Assembly (NCBI GenBank): GCA_963766335.1
Contig: CAVXZA010000002.1
Coordinates: 1,037,386-1,101,385, forward strand
Direction: 5' to 3'
DNA: 64,000 nt
Source: an uncultured Clostridia bacterium
GTDB taxonomy: Bacteria; Bacillota; Clostridia; DUPQ01
Part shown: positions 9,935 to 21,247 of the stretch, in pieces
Position numbering within the stretch: the first letter of the stretch is position 1
Layout: every line of letters begins with the position of its first letter
The notes under the pieces: model-generated
Database searches by the model: none
Told to the model about the DNA's origin: nothing
What the model saw: only the letters and a program-made list of their open reading frames with translations
Position numbers and translations under genes: made by a program

Positions 9935-10589
9935 AGTTCTTTATGAGGACAACCATACAATCGCAGTAGTCAAACCTCCCGGTGTTCCGGTGATGCCGGA
10001 CGGTTCCGGCGATGCCAGCATGATGGACCTGGTAAAAGATTTCATAAAAGATAAGTATAATAAACCGGGCAAGGTATTCCTGGGACTTGTCCATAGGATT
10101 GACAGGTCTACCGGTGGTGTGATGGTTTTTGCCAGAACATCAAAGGGTGCATCACGGCTTTCAAAGCAAATCAGGGAAAAAGAATTAAAAAAAACATATC
10201 TGGCAGTTGTGAACGGCAGACTTGGTGAAAAATCAGGCACCATGCGTAATTTTTTAGTTAAAGATACAAAAAATAATAAATCCGAAGCTGTACCGGAAGG
10301 AACTGCAGGATCTAGGGAAGCTGTTCTGGAATACAAAGTGCTATCGGAAAACAACGGCTTTTCATTGGTTGAAATTAAACTGATAACCGGAAGGCATCAC
10401 CAGATCAGGGTGCAGTTTTCTTCAAGGGGATATATATTGTACGGCGATATTAAGTATGGATCACCTCATAAAGCAAAACTTGGTTTATGGTCAAAAGAAT
10501 TAGTTTTTTCAAAACCTGTAGGCGGGGAGAGTATAAGTGTAAGCTGCGAACCCGATTATTTAACAGAACCCTGGAGGCGGTTCAGCTGA
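9927..10589 (+). CDS. RluA-family pseudouridine synthase
   Basis: The catalytic motif HRIDRSTGGVMVFART is present. ATG 9927 overlaps the upstream stop. Confidence 0.8.
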   Translation: MIKVLYEDNHTIAVVKPPGVPVMPDGSGDASMMDLVKDFIKDKYNKPGKVFLGLVHRIDRSTGGVMVFARTSKGASRLSKQIREKELKKTYLAVVNGRLGEKSGTMRNFLVKDTKNNKSEAVPEGTAGSREAVLEYKVLSENNGFSLVEIKLITGRHHQIRVQFSSRGYILYGDIKYGSPHKAKLGLWSKELVFSKPVGGESISVSCEPDYLTEPWRRFS

Positions 10590-11383
10590 TCCAGCTTTTT
10601 CTGCGCGTCCTTTTCAGTTATCGTAGATAAGCCGTTAAAAGGCAGTGTCATGCATTTCTTCATATATCTGAGACCGGTATCATAATCTTTCATCTGGCGC
10701 ATCAGTTCTGCGGCATTGTAGTATGCCTCAGGGAACCCTGGTGATTTAGCCAGTAATTTTTCATAGATGTCGAAAGCTTTATCATAATCTCCGGTTAAAA
10801 TATAGGTTAGTCCAATATTATCCAGTATCGCCTTGTCATTCGGGTTATATTTATAAGCAGCTTCATTGATTTCAAGTGTCTTGGATAGGTTTCCGCCGAG
10901 AGTCAGGATATAACCATAGCTGCCGTACAGTACGGTTGATTCGCCGTCCTTCATTAATTCGTCATATATTTCCAGGGATTCTGCAATACGATTTTTTTTC
11001 CAAAGGTACAGAGCCTTGTTGATATTAAGCTGGTGTGATTCCAAAGAGGTCATTTCACGGGCCTCGGTAGCTGCAATGATTTCACCGGCTTTGTCATATT
11101 TACCTGCCCGAAGAAGCATATAAATAAAAGCCAATGCAGAGTGTACCGTTGATTTTTTGGTTTTATACGCTTTATATATGTGCCTTAGGGCTTTATCGGT
11201 CTTGCCTCTTTTACTATTGTAGCCCGCCATAATTTTACGTATATTTTCATATTGGAAGATAGTGAAAACTGTGAAATAGATTGGTATCAGGAAAATTAGG
11301 AAGAACGATAATCCGGCAAATGTAAGTGCAATTATGGCAACAGGGAATAAGAAATAGATTATTATGTTTTTTAGTCTTTTCAT
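10556..11383 (-). CDS. membrane-anchored tetratricopeptide-repeat protein
   Basis: N-terminal TM helices are followed by several TPR-like repeats. Its 3' end overlaps the convergent RluA gene. Confidence 0.6.
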   Translation of the reverse strand: MKRLKNIIIYFLFPVAIIALTFAGLSFFLIFLIPIYFTVFTIFQYENIRKIMAGYNSKRGKTDKALRHIYKAYKTKKSTVHSALAFIYMLLRAGKYDKAGEIIAATEAREMTSLESHQLNINKALYLWKKNRIAESLEIYDELMKDGESTVLYGSYGYILTLGGNLSKTLEINEAAYKYNPNDKAILDNIGLTYILTGDYDKAFDIYEKLLAKSPGFPEAYYNAAELMRQMKDYDTGLRYMKKCMTLPFNGLSTITEKDAQKKLDQLNRLQGSVK

Positions 11384-11399
11384 GGAGTCTCCAATGGTT

Positions 11400-12158
11400 C
11401 TATTTTGATTTAATAATATCCTGCATGGAATATAGTCCTGCGGGTTTTCCTTTTATAAATTGTGCAGCCTTGATAGCACCGGAAGCAAAAATATCCCGTG
11501 ACATTGCTTCATGCCTTAGTTCTATGACTTCATCACGGCCTGCCAGAAGCACGGTATGTTCGCCTACAATCGTGCCTCCACGGACTGCGTGGATTCCAAG
11601 TTCGCCGCCGGTACGTTCTTTCCGGTATCCGGTTCTGTCATATACGGCTGTTTTTGGTTTTTCAAGGACGGAATTGATTCCGTCGGCAATTGCCAGGGCC
11701 GTGCCGCTTGGGGCATCGAGTTTTTTATTATGATGTTTTTCTATTATTTCTATATCAAAGAGTCCCTCTGTGAAAGCCGAAGCTGTTTTGGCAAGTTCAA
11801 TTAAAAGGTTTATCCCCATAGACATGTTTGCGCTATAAAAAACCGGAATAATTTTTGCTGCATTTGACAGGTCATCGACTTGTGTTCCCGAAAGCCCGGT
11901 TGTCGCCATTACCAGCGGGGTTTTGGTTTTCATGCAGTATGCAGTTACATTTGAAAAAGCTGAATGATGGGAAAAATCGATTACCACATCTGCTTCGGCA
12001 CCGCATTCGGATATATCGATGACTACAGGAATATCAAGATCTGTTGGAAGGTTGATATCGCAGCCTGCAATGATACTGACATTATTCATATCATTAACAA
12101 GATTCATTATGACGCGGCCCATCCTGCCGCCGCATCCGTTTAATAATATCTTAAGCAT
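11400..12158 (-). CDS. dapB: 4-hydroxy-tetrahydrodipicolinate reductase
   Basis: The N-terminus LNGCGGRMGR is a Rossmann fold, and the sequence is DapB-like throughout. Last gene of the asd-dapA-dapB operon. Confidence 0.9.
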   Translation of the reverse strand: MLKILLNGCGGRMGRVIMNLVNDMNNVSIIAGCDINLPTDLDIPVVIDISECGAEADVVIDFSHHSAFSNVTAYCMKTKTPLVMATTGLSGTQVDDLSNAAKIIPVFYSANMSMGINLLIELAKTASAFTEGLFDIEIIEKHHNKKLDAPSGTALAIADGINSVLEKPKTAVYDRTGYRKERTGGELGIHAVRGGTIVGEHTVLLAGRDEVIELRHEAMSRDIFASGAIKAAQFIKGKPAGLYSMQDIIKSK

Positions 12159-12166
12159 AATAACTC

Positions 12167-13051
12167 CTATAAAAGACCAAGGTTTTCCATAACTGCTTTA
12201 AGTGCTGCAGTATGGCCTTTTTCCATCTTAACCAAAGGCAACCTGACGTCACCGGTGCAAAGTCCCATTAGTTCAAGAGCTTTCTTTATCGGTATAGGAT
12301 TGACTTCCTGCCCAAGAGCTTTGATTAATGGAAAAATTTTATAATATCCCTCCATGGCTGATTGTGTATTGCCTTTAAGGAAAGTATTGGTAATGAATGC
12401 TGCTTGTGCCGGAATGACATTTGACATAACAGATATGAGTCCCTTGGCCCCAAGTGCCATAAATTCAAGGGTCATCTCGTCATTCCCCGACCAAACATAG
12501 AAATCATTACCCGTTCCATAGCCGACGTCTGCCATCTGGGAAAGATTGCATTCCTTGACACCGATGATATTCGGGACTTTGGATAACTCAATAATCGTAT
12601 CTGCATCTATGTTAATTACTGTTCTGGTAGGCACATTATACAGTATTATCGGAAGATCGACGCTTTTAGCGATAGCCGTATAATGAGCAATGAGACCTTT
12701 CTGGGTAGTTTTATTATAATATGGTGCTGCGGATAACAAGGCATCTGCACCTGCTTCCTGTGCCTTTTTACTGAGCTCTATAGAATGTGCGGTATCGTTG
12801 CTGCCGGTATTGGCAATTACCGGAACCCTTCCTGCTGTTTTTTTAATTCCGAAACGAACCACAGATAAATGCTCCGCGTCGGGCATTGTAGAAGATTCGC
12901 CCGTGGTACCGCAAAATAGCAGAGCATCGATGCCTTCCGCTATCTGGAATTCAATCATATTGCCAAGCGCCGTAAAGTCAACTGCACCTTCCCTGAATGG
13001 AGTTGCGACTGCCGTCGCAGTTCCTGTAAAAATCAAATTATTATTTCCCAT
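12167..13051 (-). CDS. dapA: 4-hydroxy-tetrahydrodipicolinate synthase
   Basis: The motif GTTGES and the DHDPS fold are present, with an RBS GGAG upstream. Confidence 0.9.
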   Translation of the reverse strand: MGNNNLIFTGTATAVATPFREGAVDFTALGNMIEFQIAEGIDALLFCGTTGESSTMPDAEHLSVVRFGIKKTAGRVPVIANTGSNDTAHSIELSKKAQEAGADALLSAAPYYNKTTQKGLIAHYTAIAKSVDLPIILYNVPTRTVINIDADTIIELSKVPNIIGVKECNLSQMADVGYGTGNDFYVWSGNDEMTLEFMALGAKGLISVMSNVIPAQAAFITNTFLKGNTQSAMEGYYKIFPLIKALGQEVNPIPIKKALELMGLCTGDVRLPLVKMEKGHTAALKAVMENLGLL

Positions 13052-13063
13052 TTTAATTAACTC

Positions 13064-14065
13064 CTAAGTATCTTCCCAAAACCTGATTAATTGCTGTGCT
13101 ATCTGAACTGCATTTGTAGCAGCACCTTTTCTTATGTTATCAGAAACAACCCACATGTTAAGACCATTGTCTACGCTTTCATCCCTTCGCAGACGTCCAA
13201 CAAAGGTTTCATCTTTTCCGGCGGCATCCCTCGCAAGAGGGTACACATTATTGGCCGGGTCATCCTGAACAACTATACCAGGAGACGATGCAAGAAGATT
13301 TCTCAATTCGTTCAGGTCGTAATTTTTGTCCAGCTCTACATTTATGGATTCACTATGGCTGCTAAAAACAGGAACACGGACTGTTGTAGCTGTAATCCGA
13401 AGATTAGGGGCATGCATAATCTTGCGGGTCTCCCATATCATTTTCATTTCTTCCTTGGTATAGCCGTTATCCATAAATACGTCGATATGCGGTATGCAGT
13501 TGCCTGCAATCGGATGAGGCATCAGGTAAGGTGCTTCACCGGCAAGCGACCTGCGTAGTTCATCCGTGCCTTTTTTGCCTGCGCCCGATACGGACTGATA
13601 AGTTGAATAAACGATTCTGTTTATTCCATATGCATCAAGCAGCGGCTTTAATGCAACGACCGCCTGTATTGTCGAGCAGTTCGGGTTTGCGATTATACCA
13701 TTGTGCATACCTATATCTTCCGGATTGACCTCGGGTACAACAAGCGGTACATCAGGATCCATCCTCCAGGCGCTGCTGTTATCTATTACCACTGTCCCTT
13801 TTGCAACGGCTGTCGGGGCATATTCCTTGCTGGTTCCCCCTCCTGCTGAAAAAAGTGCTATATCAATACCCCTGTCAAAAGAAGAGTGGGTAAGTTCTTC
13901 AACTATATACTCTTTTCCATTGAAAGATATTGACTGTCCGGCTGTCCTTGATGAAGCGAAAAAGTAAATATCCCCGATAGGAAGATTTCTTTCTTCCAGC
14001 ACTTTTATGAAGGTCCTTCCGACCATGCCGGTGGCACCTACTATTGCAAAACTGTATTTCTTCAT
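13064..14065 (-). CDS. asd: aspartate-semialdehyde dehydrogenase
   Basis: The N-terminus MKKYSFAIVGATGMVG and an active-site Cys region are present. Start chosen at ATG 14065 with GGAGG upstream; the longer track ORF was rejected. Confidence 0.9.
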   Translation of the reverse strand: MKKYSFAIVGATGMVGRTFIKVLEERNLPIGDIYFFASSRTAGQSISFNGKEYIVEELTHSSFDRGIDIALFSAGGGTSKEYAPTAVAKGTVVIDNSSAWRMDPDVPLVVPEVNPEDIGMHNGIIANPNCSTIQAVVALKPLLDAYGINRIVYSTYQSVSGAGKKGTDELRRSLAGEAPYLMPHPIAGNCIPHIDVFMDNGYTKEEMKMIWETRKIMHAPNLRITATTVRVPVFSSHSESINVELDKNYDLNELRNLLASSPGIVVQDDPANNVYPLARDAAGKDETFVGRLRRDESVDNGLNMWVVSDNIRKGAATNAVQIAQQLIRFWEDT

Positions 14066-14103
14066 CAGTTCCTCCCATACGCTACAATTATATACTAATT
14101 TAG

Positions 14104-14305
14104 TAAAAATAAAACCGGTACAGAGCACCGGCAAACACAAATCTGCGATAGTTCTCCATCATTTCGATGACAGTCGCAGGGCTGTTAACCCGGCAACCAG
14201 AACAGCATATCAGGATTATGCCTCCTTCGGCGGTTCCCCCTTTCACCATGCCGATGAAATCCTGATTTCCAAACATGGATACTGATAAAAACCGCGCCTC
14301 TACCA
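14104..14305 (-). promoter_or_regulatory. lysine riboswitch (L-box) with intrinsic terminator, leader of asd-dapA-dapB
   Basis: The minus strand reads GAGGCGC...GGTGAAAGGGGG...GCCGAAGGAGG...CTGTCA...TGGAGAACTATCG. This is followed by the hairpin GCCGGTGCTCTGTACCGGT plus a U-tract, matching the conserved L-box elements. Confidence 0.75.
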
Positions 14306-14379
14306 AATTTTATTAATTTTCATAGAGTATAACAAAATAGAGGAAAGCCTGCAACCTTTTATGGTGCTATAATCTTATT

Positions 14380-15492
14380 ATGTTGTTCACAGGAAGAAAA
14401 CGGCTTGAATATGCACTTGGTTTTAGGGAAGCGGATAGGGTTCCAATAGAGCTGTGGGTGCCGCCAAACCTAATGGATTATCCCGGTGCGCAGGGATTGA
14501 TTGAACTTGTTGATGAGTATTGCAGTTCATTTAAAGGTCCGGACATTGTAAATGGTGGTTTTTTCGGAGTTCCTTCAGAATATACATCAATCGAAGTCGG
14601 TAGGGATGATACTTACACATACACTGAAAATAGGTATACTATTGATGAAGGAAATTTCAATCAGATAGTGCAGCGGGATCGGTTGAATGTCCAGTACTGT
14701 CACTTTAAAAAGCAATTTTTCGATGAAATTGAAGACTTGGAGCGCTTTGCAGCGTGTGATTTTCCTGATATAAAAATCCCGGATGATTACAGGAAACAAA
14801 TCAATGATATCTGCAAGGATAGTTTCATGCCAACCATTGCATTCAGCCACCCGTTCGGTATGCTTGCGAGGAATGCACCTCCTGAGAAATTTTATATGTG
14901 GCTTTATACCCACTCCGGCTTAATCCACGAAATACTAGTGAAAATGTACAAGCAGATTAATAAAGCGATTGAAGATATTAATCTGCCATATGTTTACTAT
15001 TTCTGTGCATTGGAGATGGCCATAGAACCATGGCTAAGCAGGGATATGTTCGATGAATTCATATATGATTATGATGTCATTATGAATAAAAAGATTCATG
15101 ATAACCGAGGCATTGTCAGGCATCATGCCCATGGCCCGGTTTTTAAACACCTGGAGCATTGGGCTGATATGGGCATTGATTCGCTGGAACCAATGGAAAT
15201 GGCCCCGTTAGGGGATACAGTATTGTCAGAGGCAAAGGAGTTGATGGGGAAAAGAATGTCCTTCGGAGGGAATATTCCTTCACAGAAATTTGTTGACATT
15301 TCCAAGGATGAAATCGAGAGAGTGGTAGCGGAGGCAATAGAAGCCTGTGCGCCGGGTGGAGGGTTTATTTTAAAGGGCGCATCATCAGTGTGCGGCTTAA
15401 ACAGCTTCAAGACACTGGAACAGCTGGACAGGATAATAGAATCAACTGAGCACTTTATAAAATGCGGCCTTAAATATGGCAGCTATACCTGA
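14380..15492 (+). CDS. uroporphyrinogen-decarboxylase (URO-D) family protein (MtaA/CmuA-like corrinoid methyltransferase family)
   Basis: 370 aa. The N-terminus RKRLEYALGFREADRVPIELW and the overall architecture resemble URO-D/methylcobamide:CoM methyltransferase family members. This is a family-level call only. Confidence 0.45.
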   Translation: MLFTGRKRLEYALGFREADRVPIELWVPPNLMDYPGAQGLIELVDEYCSSFKGPDIVNGGFFGVPSEYTSIEVGRDDTYTYTENRYTIDEGNFNQIVQRDRLNVQYCHFKKQFFDEIEDLERFAACDFPDIKIPDDYRKQINDICKDSFMPTIAFSHPFGMLARNAPPEKFYMWLYTHSGLIHEILVKMYKQINKAIEDINLPYVYYFCALEMAIEPWLSRDMFDEFIYDYDVIMNKKIHDNRGIVRHHAHGPVFKHLEHWADMGIDSLEPMEMAPLGDTVLSEAKELMGKRMSFGGNIPSQKFVDISKDEIERVVAEAIEACAPGGGFILKGASSVCGLNSFKTLEQLDRIIESTEHFIKCGLKYGSYT

Positions 15493-15526
15493 TTTTAAAC
15501 AAAACCAACCGGAGTTTTTATAAAAT

Positions 15527-15555
15527 TTGCACAGCTTCGGCATACGTAATATAAT
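15527..15555 (+). promoter_or_regulatory. putative promoter upstream of the spoIID-like gene
   Basis: TTGCAC, then a 17-nt spacer, then TATAAT. The spacer contains CATACGTA, which resembles a sigma-E -10 element. Confidence 0.4.
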
Positions 15556-15614
15556 ATTGCCAGACAAGGGATACAAAAGATTAGTCACTTAGGTGTTAGT
15601 TTACGGAGGAAAAA

Positions 15615-17230
15615 ATGCTTTCTAAGTATAAAAAACATTTCACAGTCATTCTTGTTTTATTGATTTTTATAATCATGTCCGCACCCGGCAATCAGGCCGG
15701 TGCTTATGTAAGCACTCCAAAAAACATCAGAATCGGACTTTTTTATGCATCTGGATCAAAGGATACAACGCTTGAAACAGTTACAATGTCCGCCGTCGGC
15801 GGTATTGAAATAGGCTCCAACCAATATGGAAATTATACAAAATTAATTGAAACGCCTTATATAGTGAATGCTACGGTTGACGGCGGTATCAGCGGTTATC
15901 ATATCAGAATGGGAGAAGCAACCGCGGATGCAACAAAAATCTACATAGACTTAAATGAATACCTGAGCCATGGGCTGGAAGTATTCCCCATTTGCCTTGA
16001 GAATAATTTATGGCAGATCTGGGAAGGATGTTATCTGAGCAAAGATGATGCTGAAAGGGCTGTTTCTTCCAAGATTATCCCAAAGACCGGTGCCGGCAAC
16101 TATACGGTGGCACTACCGTCAGCAGACAGAATCATTATTAAATACTCGAACGGACTCGCAGCTGTTGCATCCGAAAGCGGAGTGTCGTTTTTAATGGTTA
16201 AAAGCACATTTAACGGCGATCCGAAAACCATAAATGTAAATGGAGACAGATACAGGACTTCAATAGAGCTTAGAAAATTTCCGGGCTCGAATATAACGGT
16301 AATCAATGAACTCAGTATGGGCGATTATCTCGATGGAGTGGTGCCGCTGGAAATCGGGACTACTGAAACCCCGTTTGAAGCACTGAAAGCACAGTCCGTT
16401 GCTGCAAGGACATATGCGGTTGCGAACCATAAGCATGAAGAGCTTGGATTTGATTTGTGTAATTCCACATGCTGCCAGGTGTACGGTGGATATGAGGTTG
16501 AAAACCTTGCTACAAACAATGCAATAAAAGCGACAGAGGGAATGGTTGTTACATACGGAGGGGCATTAGCCCAGCTATATTATTTTGCATCCAGCGGTGG
16601 GGCTACGGCTAATTCTGAAAACGTCTGGTCAAAGGCTGTACCATATCTGCAGAGCGTCGAAGACCCTTATGAAATAACTAAATACTGGTCCTATTCATTC
16701 AGTGCTGAGGAAATGACAACGCATATGGCCAATATGGGACGAAACATCGGCACGGTTACCGGAATTCAAGCTATAAGCACATCAGGATCAGGAAGGGTTA
16801 CAGAGCTTAAAATAACAGGAACCACAGGGACGGCAACTTTTAACCGAGTCAGCACCAGGTCGGCTTTCCCGACTTATCTCCCGTCACAGGTGTTTACTAT
16901 TGGTGGAGATACAGGGTATACGGTTAAGAGAGCCGGTAACGCACTTGAAAGCATAAGTATTTCAGGTGCATTGGTACGGACCGCATCAGGAACATCAACT
17001 GTATCTGCTGCCGGCTCGGTTTATGTCAGGGACGGAAATGGGAACCTTGTATCCCTTCAGGTCAACAGCTCCACATCGGGAGATTTTGTAATTACCGGTG
17101 CAGGTTCGGGGCATGGTGTGGGAATGAGTCAGCGCGGAGCAATGGGAATGGCCAGCGCCGGCTTTACTTATGAAGATATATTGAAGCATTACTTCACAGG
17201 GGTTGAAGTTGAAAAGGCAAACTTCTATTA

Positions 17231-17231
<1 letters not shown>
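15615..17231 (+). CDS. SpoIID/LytB domain protein (lytic transglycosylase-like amidase enhancer)
   Basis: Signal peptide present. The SpoIID motif [27 protein letters not shown] is present. Length is 538 aa. Confidence 0.8.
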
Positions 17232-19448
<2,217 letters not shown>

Positions 19449-19451
19449 ATA

Positions 19452-19727
19452 ATGGATAGTATTTGGTCAATAGTTTCGATAGTAGCAGTTTTCGGTATCA
19501 TGTATGCGGTGTTGATAATACCCCAGCGCAGAAAAGAAAAGAAAACCAAGGCAATGCTAAGCGCAATGAGGGAAGGCGACACGGTCACCAGCATCGGCGG
19601 AGTCTATGGAAAAGTTGTAAATATTAATGAAGACGACGTCATCGTAGCAACAAGTGTTGAAAACACACAGATTCACTTTAAGAAGTGGGCTATCAGAAGC
19701 GTTGAAACTCCGTCAATAGAAGAGTAA
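19452..19727 (+). CDS. yajC: preprotein translocase subunit YajC
   Basis: 91 aa with a single TM helix and a YajC-like sequence. Conserved tgt-yajC linkage. Confidence 0.85.
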   Translation: MDSIWSIVSIVAVFGIMYAVLIIPQRRKEKKTKAMLSAMREGDTVTSIGGVYGKVVNINEDDVIVATSVENTQIHFKKWAIRSVETPSIEE

Positions 19728-19771
19728 TTCAACTTAAGGACAAACTGAGCGAGAAAATTTGGGAGGGTGGC

Positions 19772-19912
19772 ATGAAACACATTAGAACTATAAATAAAGC
19801 TGAACTTAACAAGAACCTGGACAGCAAAGGCTGCGGCGAATGCCAGAATTCATGCCAGTCCGCCTGTAAGACTTCATGTACGGTAGCAAACCAGGAATGC
19901 AAAAACCAGTGA
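19772..19912 (+). CDS. scfA: SCIFF (six-cysteines-in-forty-five) ranthipeptide precursor
   Basis: 46 aa: MKHIRTINKAELNKNLDSKGCGECQNSCQSACKTSCTVANQECKNQ. This matches the SCIFF consensus closely. The GGGAGGG RBS is present. The ORF is missing from the track because it is shorter than 60 aa. Confidence 0.8.
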   Translation: MKHIRTINKAELNKNLDSKGCGECQNSCQSACKTSCTVANQECKNQ

Positions 19913-19936
19913 TGGTTTTGTTCGTTCTGAATAATG

Positions 19937-19967
19937 AAAAAAAGGCGGCCTTGTGCCGCTTTTTTGC
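19937..19967 (+). terminator. rho-independent terminator after SCIFF
   Basis: GGCGGCCttgtGCCGC hairpin followed by TTTTTTG. Confidence 0.5.
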
Positions 19968-19978
19968 AAGGAGATATT

Positions 19979-20488
19979 ATGATTGGAAAGTTTAAGGGGC
20001 AGGAACCGGTCATACATGAAACAGCTTATACTGCACCTTCAGCAGATATCATAGGCAGGGTTGTCATAGAGGAAGACTGCAGTATATGGCATAATTCAGT
20101 CATTCGCGGCGATGTGGATGAGATAATCATAAAAAAAGGTGCGAACATTCAGGATGGTTGTGTGCTTCATTGTAGTGAAAATATAAAAACTATTATAGGA
20201 AGAGGCTCCACGGTTGGGCATAAGGCAGTTCTTCATAGTTGCGTAATCGGGGAGAATTCCCTGATAGGCATGGGTGCGGTATTACTGGATAATGTTAAAG
20301 TTGGAGATAACTGCCTTATAGCTGCCGGAAGCTTATTAACTCCGGGAACCATAATACCTGATGGAAGCATGGTAATGGGAAGCCCCGGGAGGGTAAGGCG
20401 TGAATTAACAAATAAGGAAATTGAGGGCATCAGGCATAATGCCGTTGAATATATAGCCCTTAAAAATATATACAGAGGTGAAAAATGA
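19979..20488 (+). CDS. gamma-class carbonic anhydrase family / hexapeptide-repeat protein
   Basis: ATG 19979 after AGGAGA. Left-handed beta-helix hexapeptide repeats and YrdA-like His residues are present. Confidence 0.75.
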   Translation: MIGKFKGQEPVIHETAYTAPSADIIGRVVIEEDCSIWHNSVIRGDVDEIIIKKGANIQDGCVLHCSENIKTIIGRGSTVGHKAVLHSCVIGENSLIGMGAVLLDNVKVGDNCLIAAGSLLTPGTIIPDGSMVMGSPGRVRRELTNKEIEGIRHNAVEYIALKNIYRGEK

Positions 20489-21144
20489 TAACTCTTCAGG
20501 ATATAAAAAAGAATAACGAAGTCAAGCACCTGTTAAGATTTGCAGCACGGCAGCTCACTGAGATTGGATATACAGAACACTCCTTCAGGCATGTCGGTCT
20601 TACTGCAAAAACCGCAGGGAACATCCTTAGTGAACTTGGGTACGGAGAAAGAGAAATAGAATTGGCCCGAATAGCCGGGTATCTGCATGATATTGGAAAT
20701 GCGGTTAACCGTGTTGATCATGCACATACAGGAGCGACACTGGCTTATGATATTCTCATAAGAATGGGAATGCCGTTGGATGATGCACTTGAAATAATGC
20801 TTGCAATAGGTCAGCATGATGAACAGACAGGAACAGCAGTAAGTTTTATTTCAGCGGCTCTTATACTTGCTGATAAATCGGATGTTCACAGAAGTCGTGT
20901 GAATAATCCCGATAAAGAAAATTTCGGTATCCATGACAAAGTTAACTACGCTGTCGAAAGCTCCAGGATTGAGGTGAATCCTGAGGCAAAAACCGCGGAT
21001 TTAATTCTTACAATTGATACGGAAATATCACCGGTTATGGACTATTTTGAAATATTTCTCGGCAGGATGTCTATGTGCCGCAGCGCTGCAGAGTATCTCG
21101 GCCTAAGCTTCCACCTGGACATCAACGGAACCAGACTACTTTAA
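20485..21144 (+). CDS. HD-domain phosphohydrolase
   Basis: H...HD motif (GYLHDIGNAVNRVDHAHTGA). ATGA overlap with the upstream gene. Confidence 0.7.
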   Translation: MITLQDIKKNNEVKHLLRFAARQLTEIGYTEHSFRHVGLTAKTAGNILSELGYGEREIELARIAGYLHDIGNAVNRVDHAHTGATLAYDILIRMGMPLDDALEIMLAIGQHDEQTGTAVSFISAALILADKSDVHRSRVNNPDKENFGIHDKVNYAVESSRIEVNPEAKTADLILTIDTEISPVMDYFEIFLGRMSMCRSAAEYLGLSFHLDINGTRLL

Positions 21145-21247
21145 TGGGTAATTGGAATATCACCCCTCCTCTATCGTTCCGGTTTTGAAGTTTGGGGGGA
21201 TTTAGTGTATATTAATATGAGCAGAAATGTGTAAAGGAGACATAACA

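Noticed and set aside
14066-14140. Longer asd ORF starting at 14140 (MCLPVLCTGF...)
   Set aside because: The extension runs into the lysine riboswitch terminator hairpin. The conserved Asd N-terminus MKKYSFAIVGATG begins at 14065, which has an RBS.
21145-21247. Possible T-box leader upstream of metG
   Set aside because: The leader is only about 100 nt and lacks a recognisable T-box sequence and specifier-loop architecture. It has only a weak C-rich/G-rich hairpin, which is more likely the HD-gene terminator.
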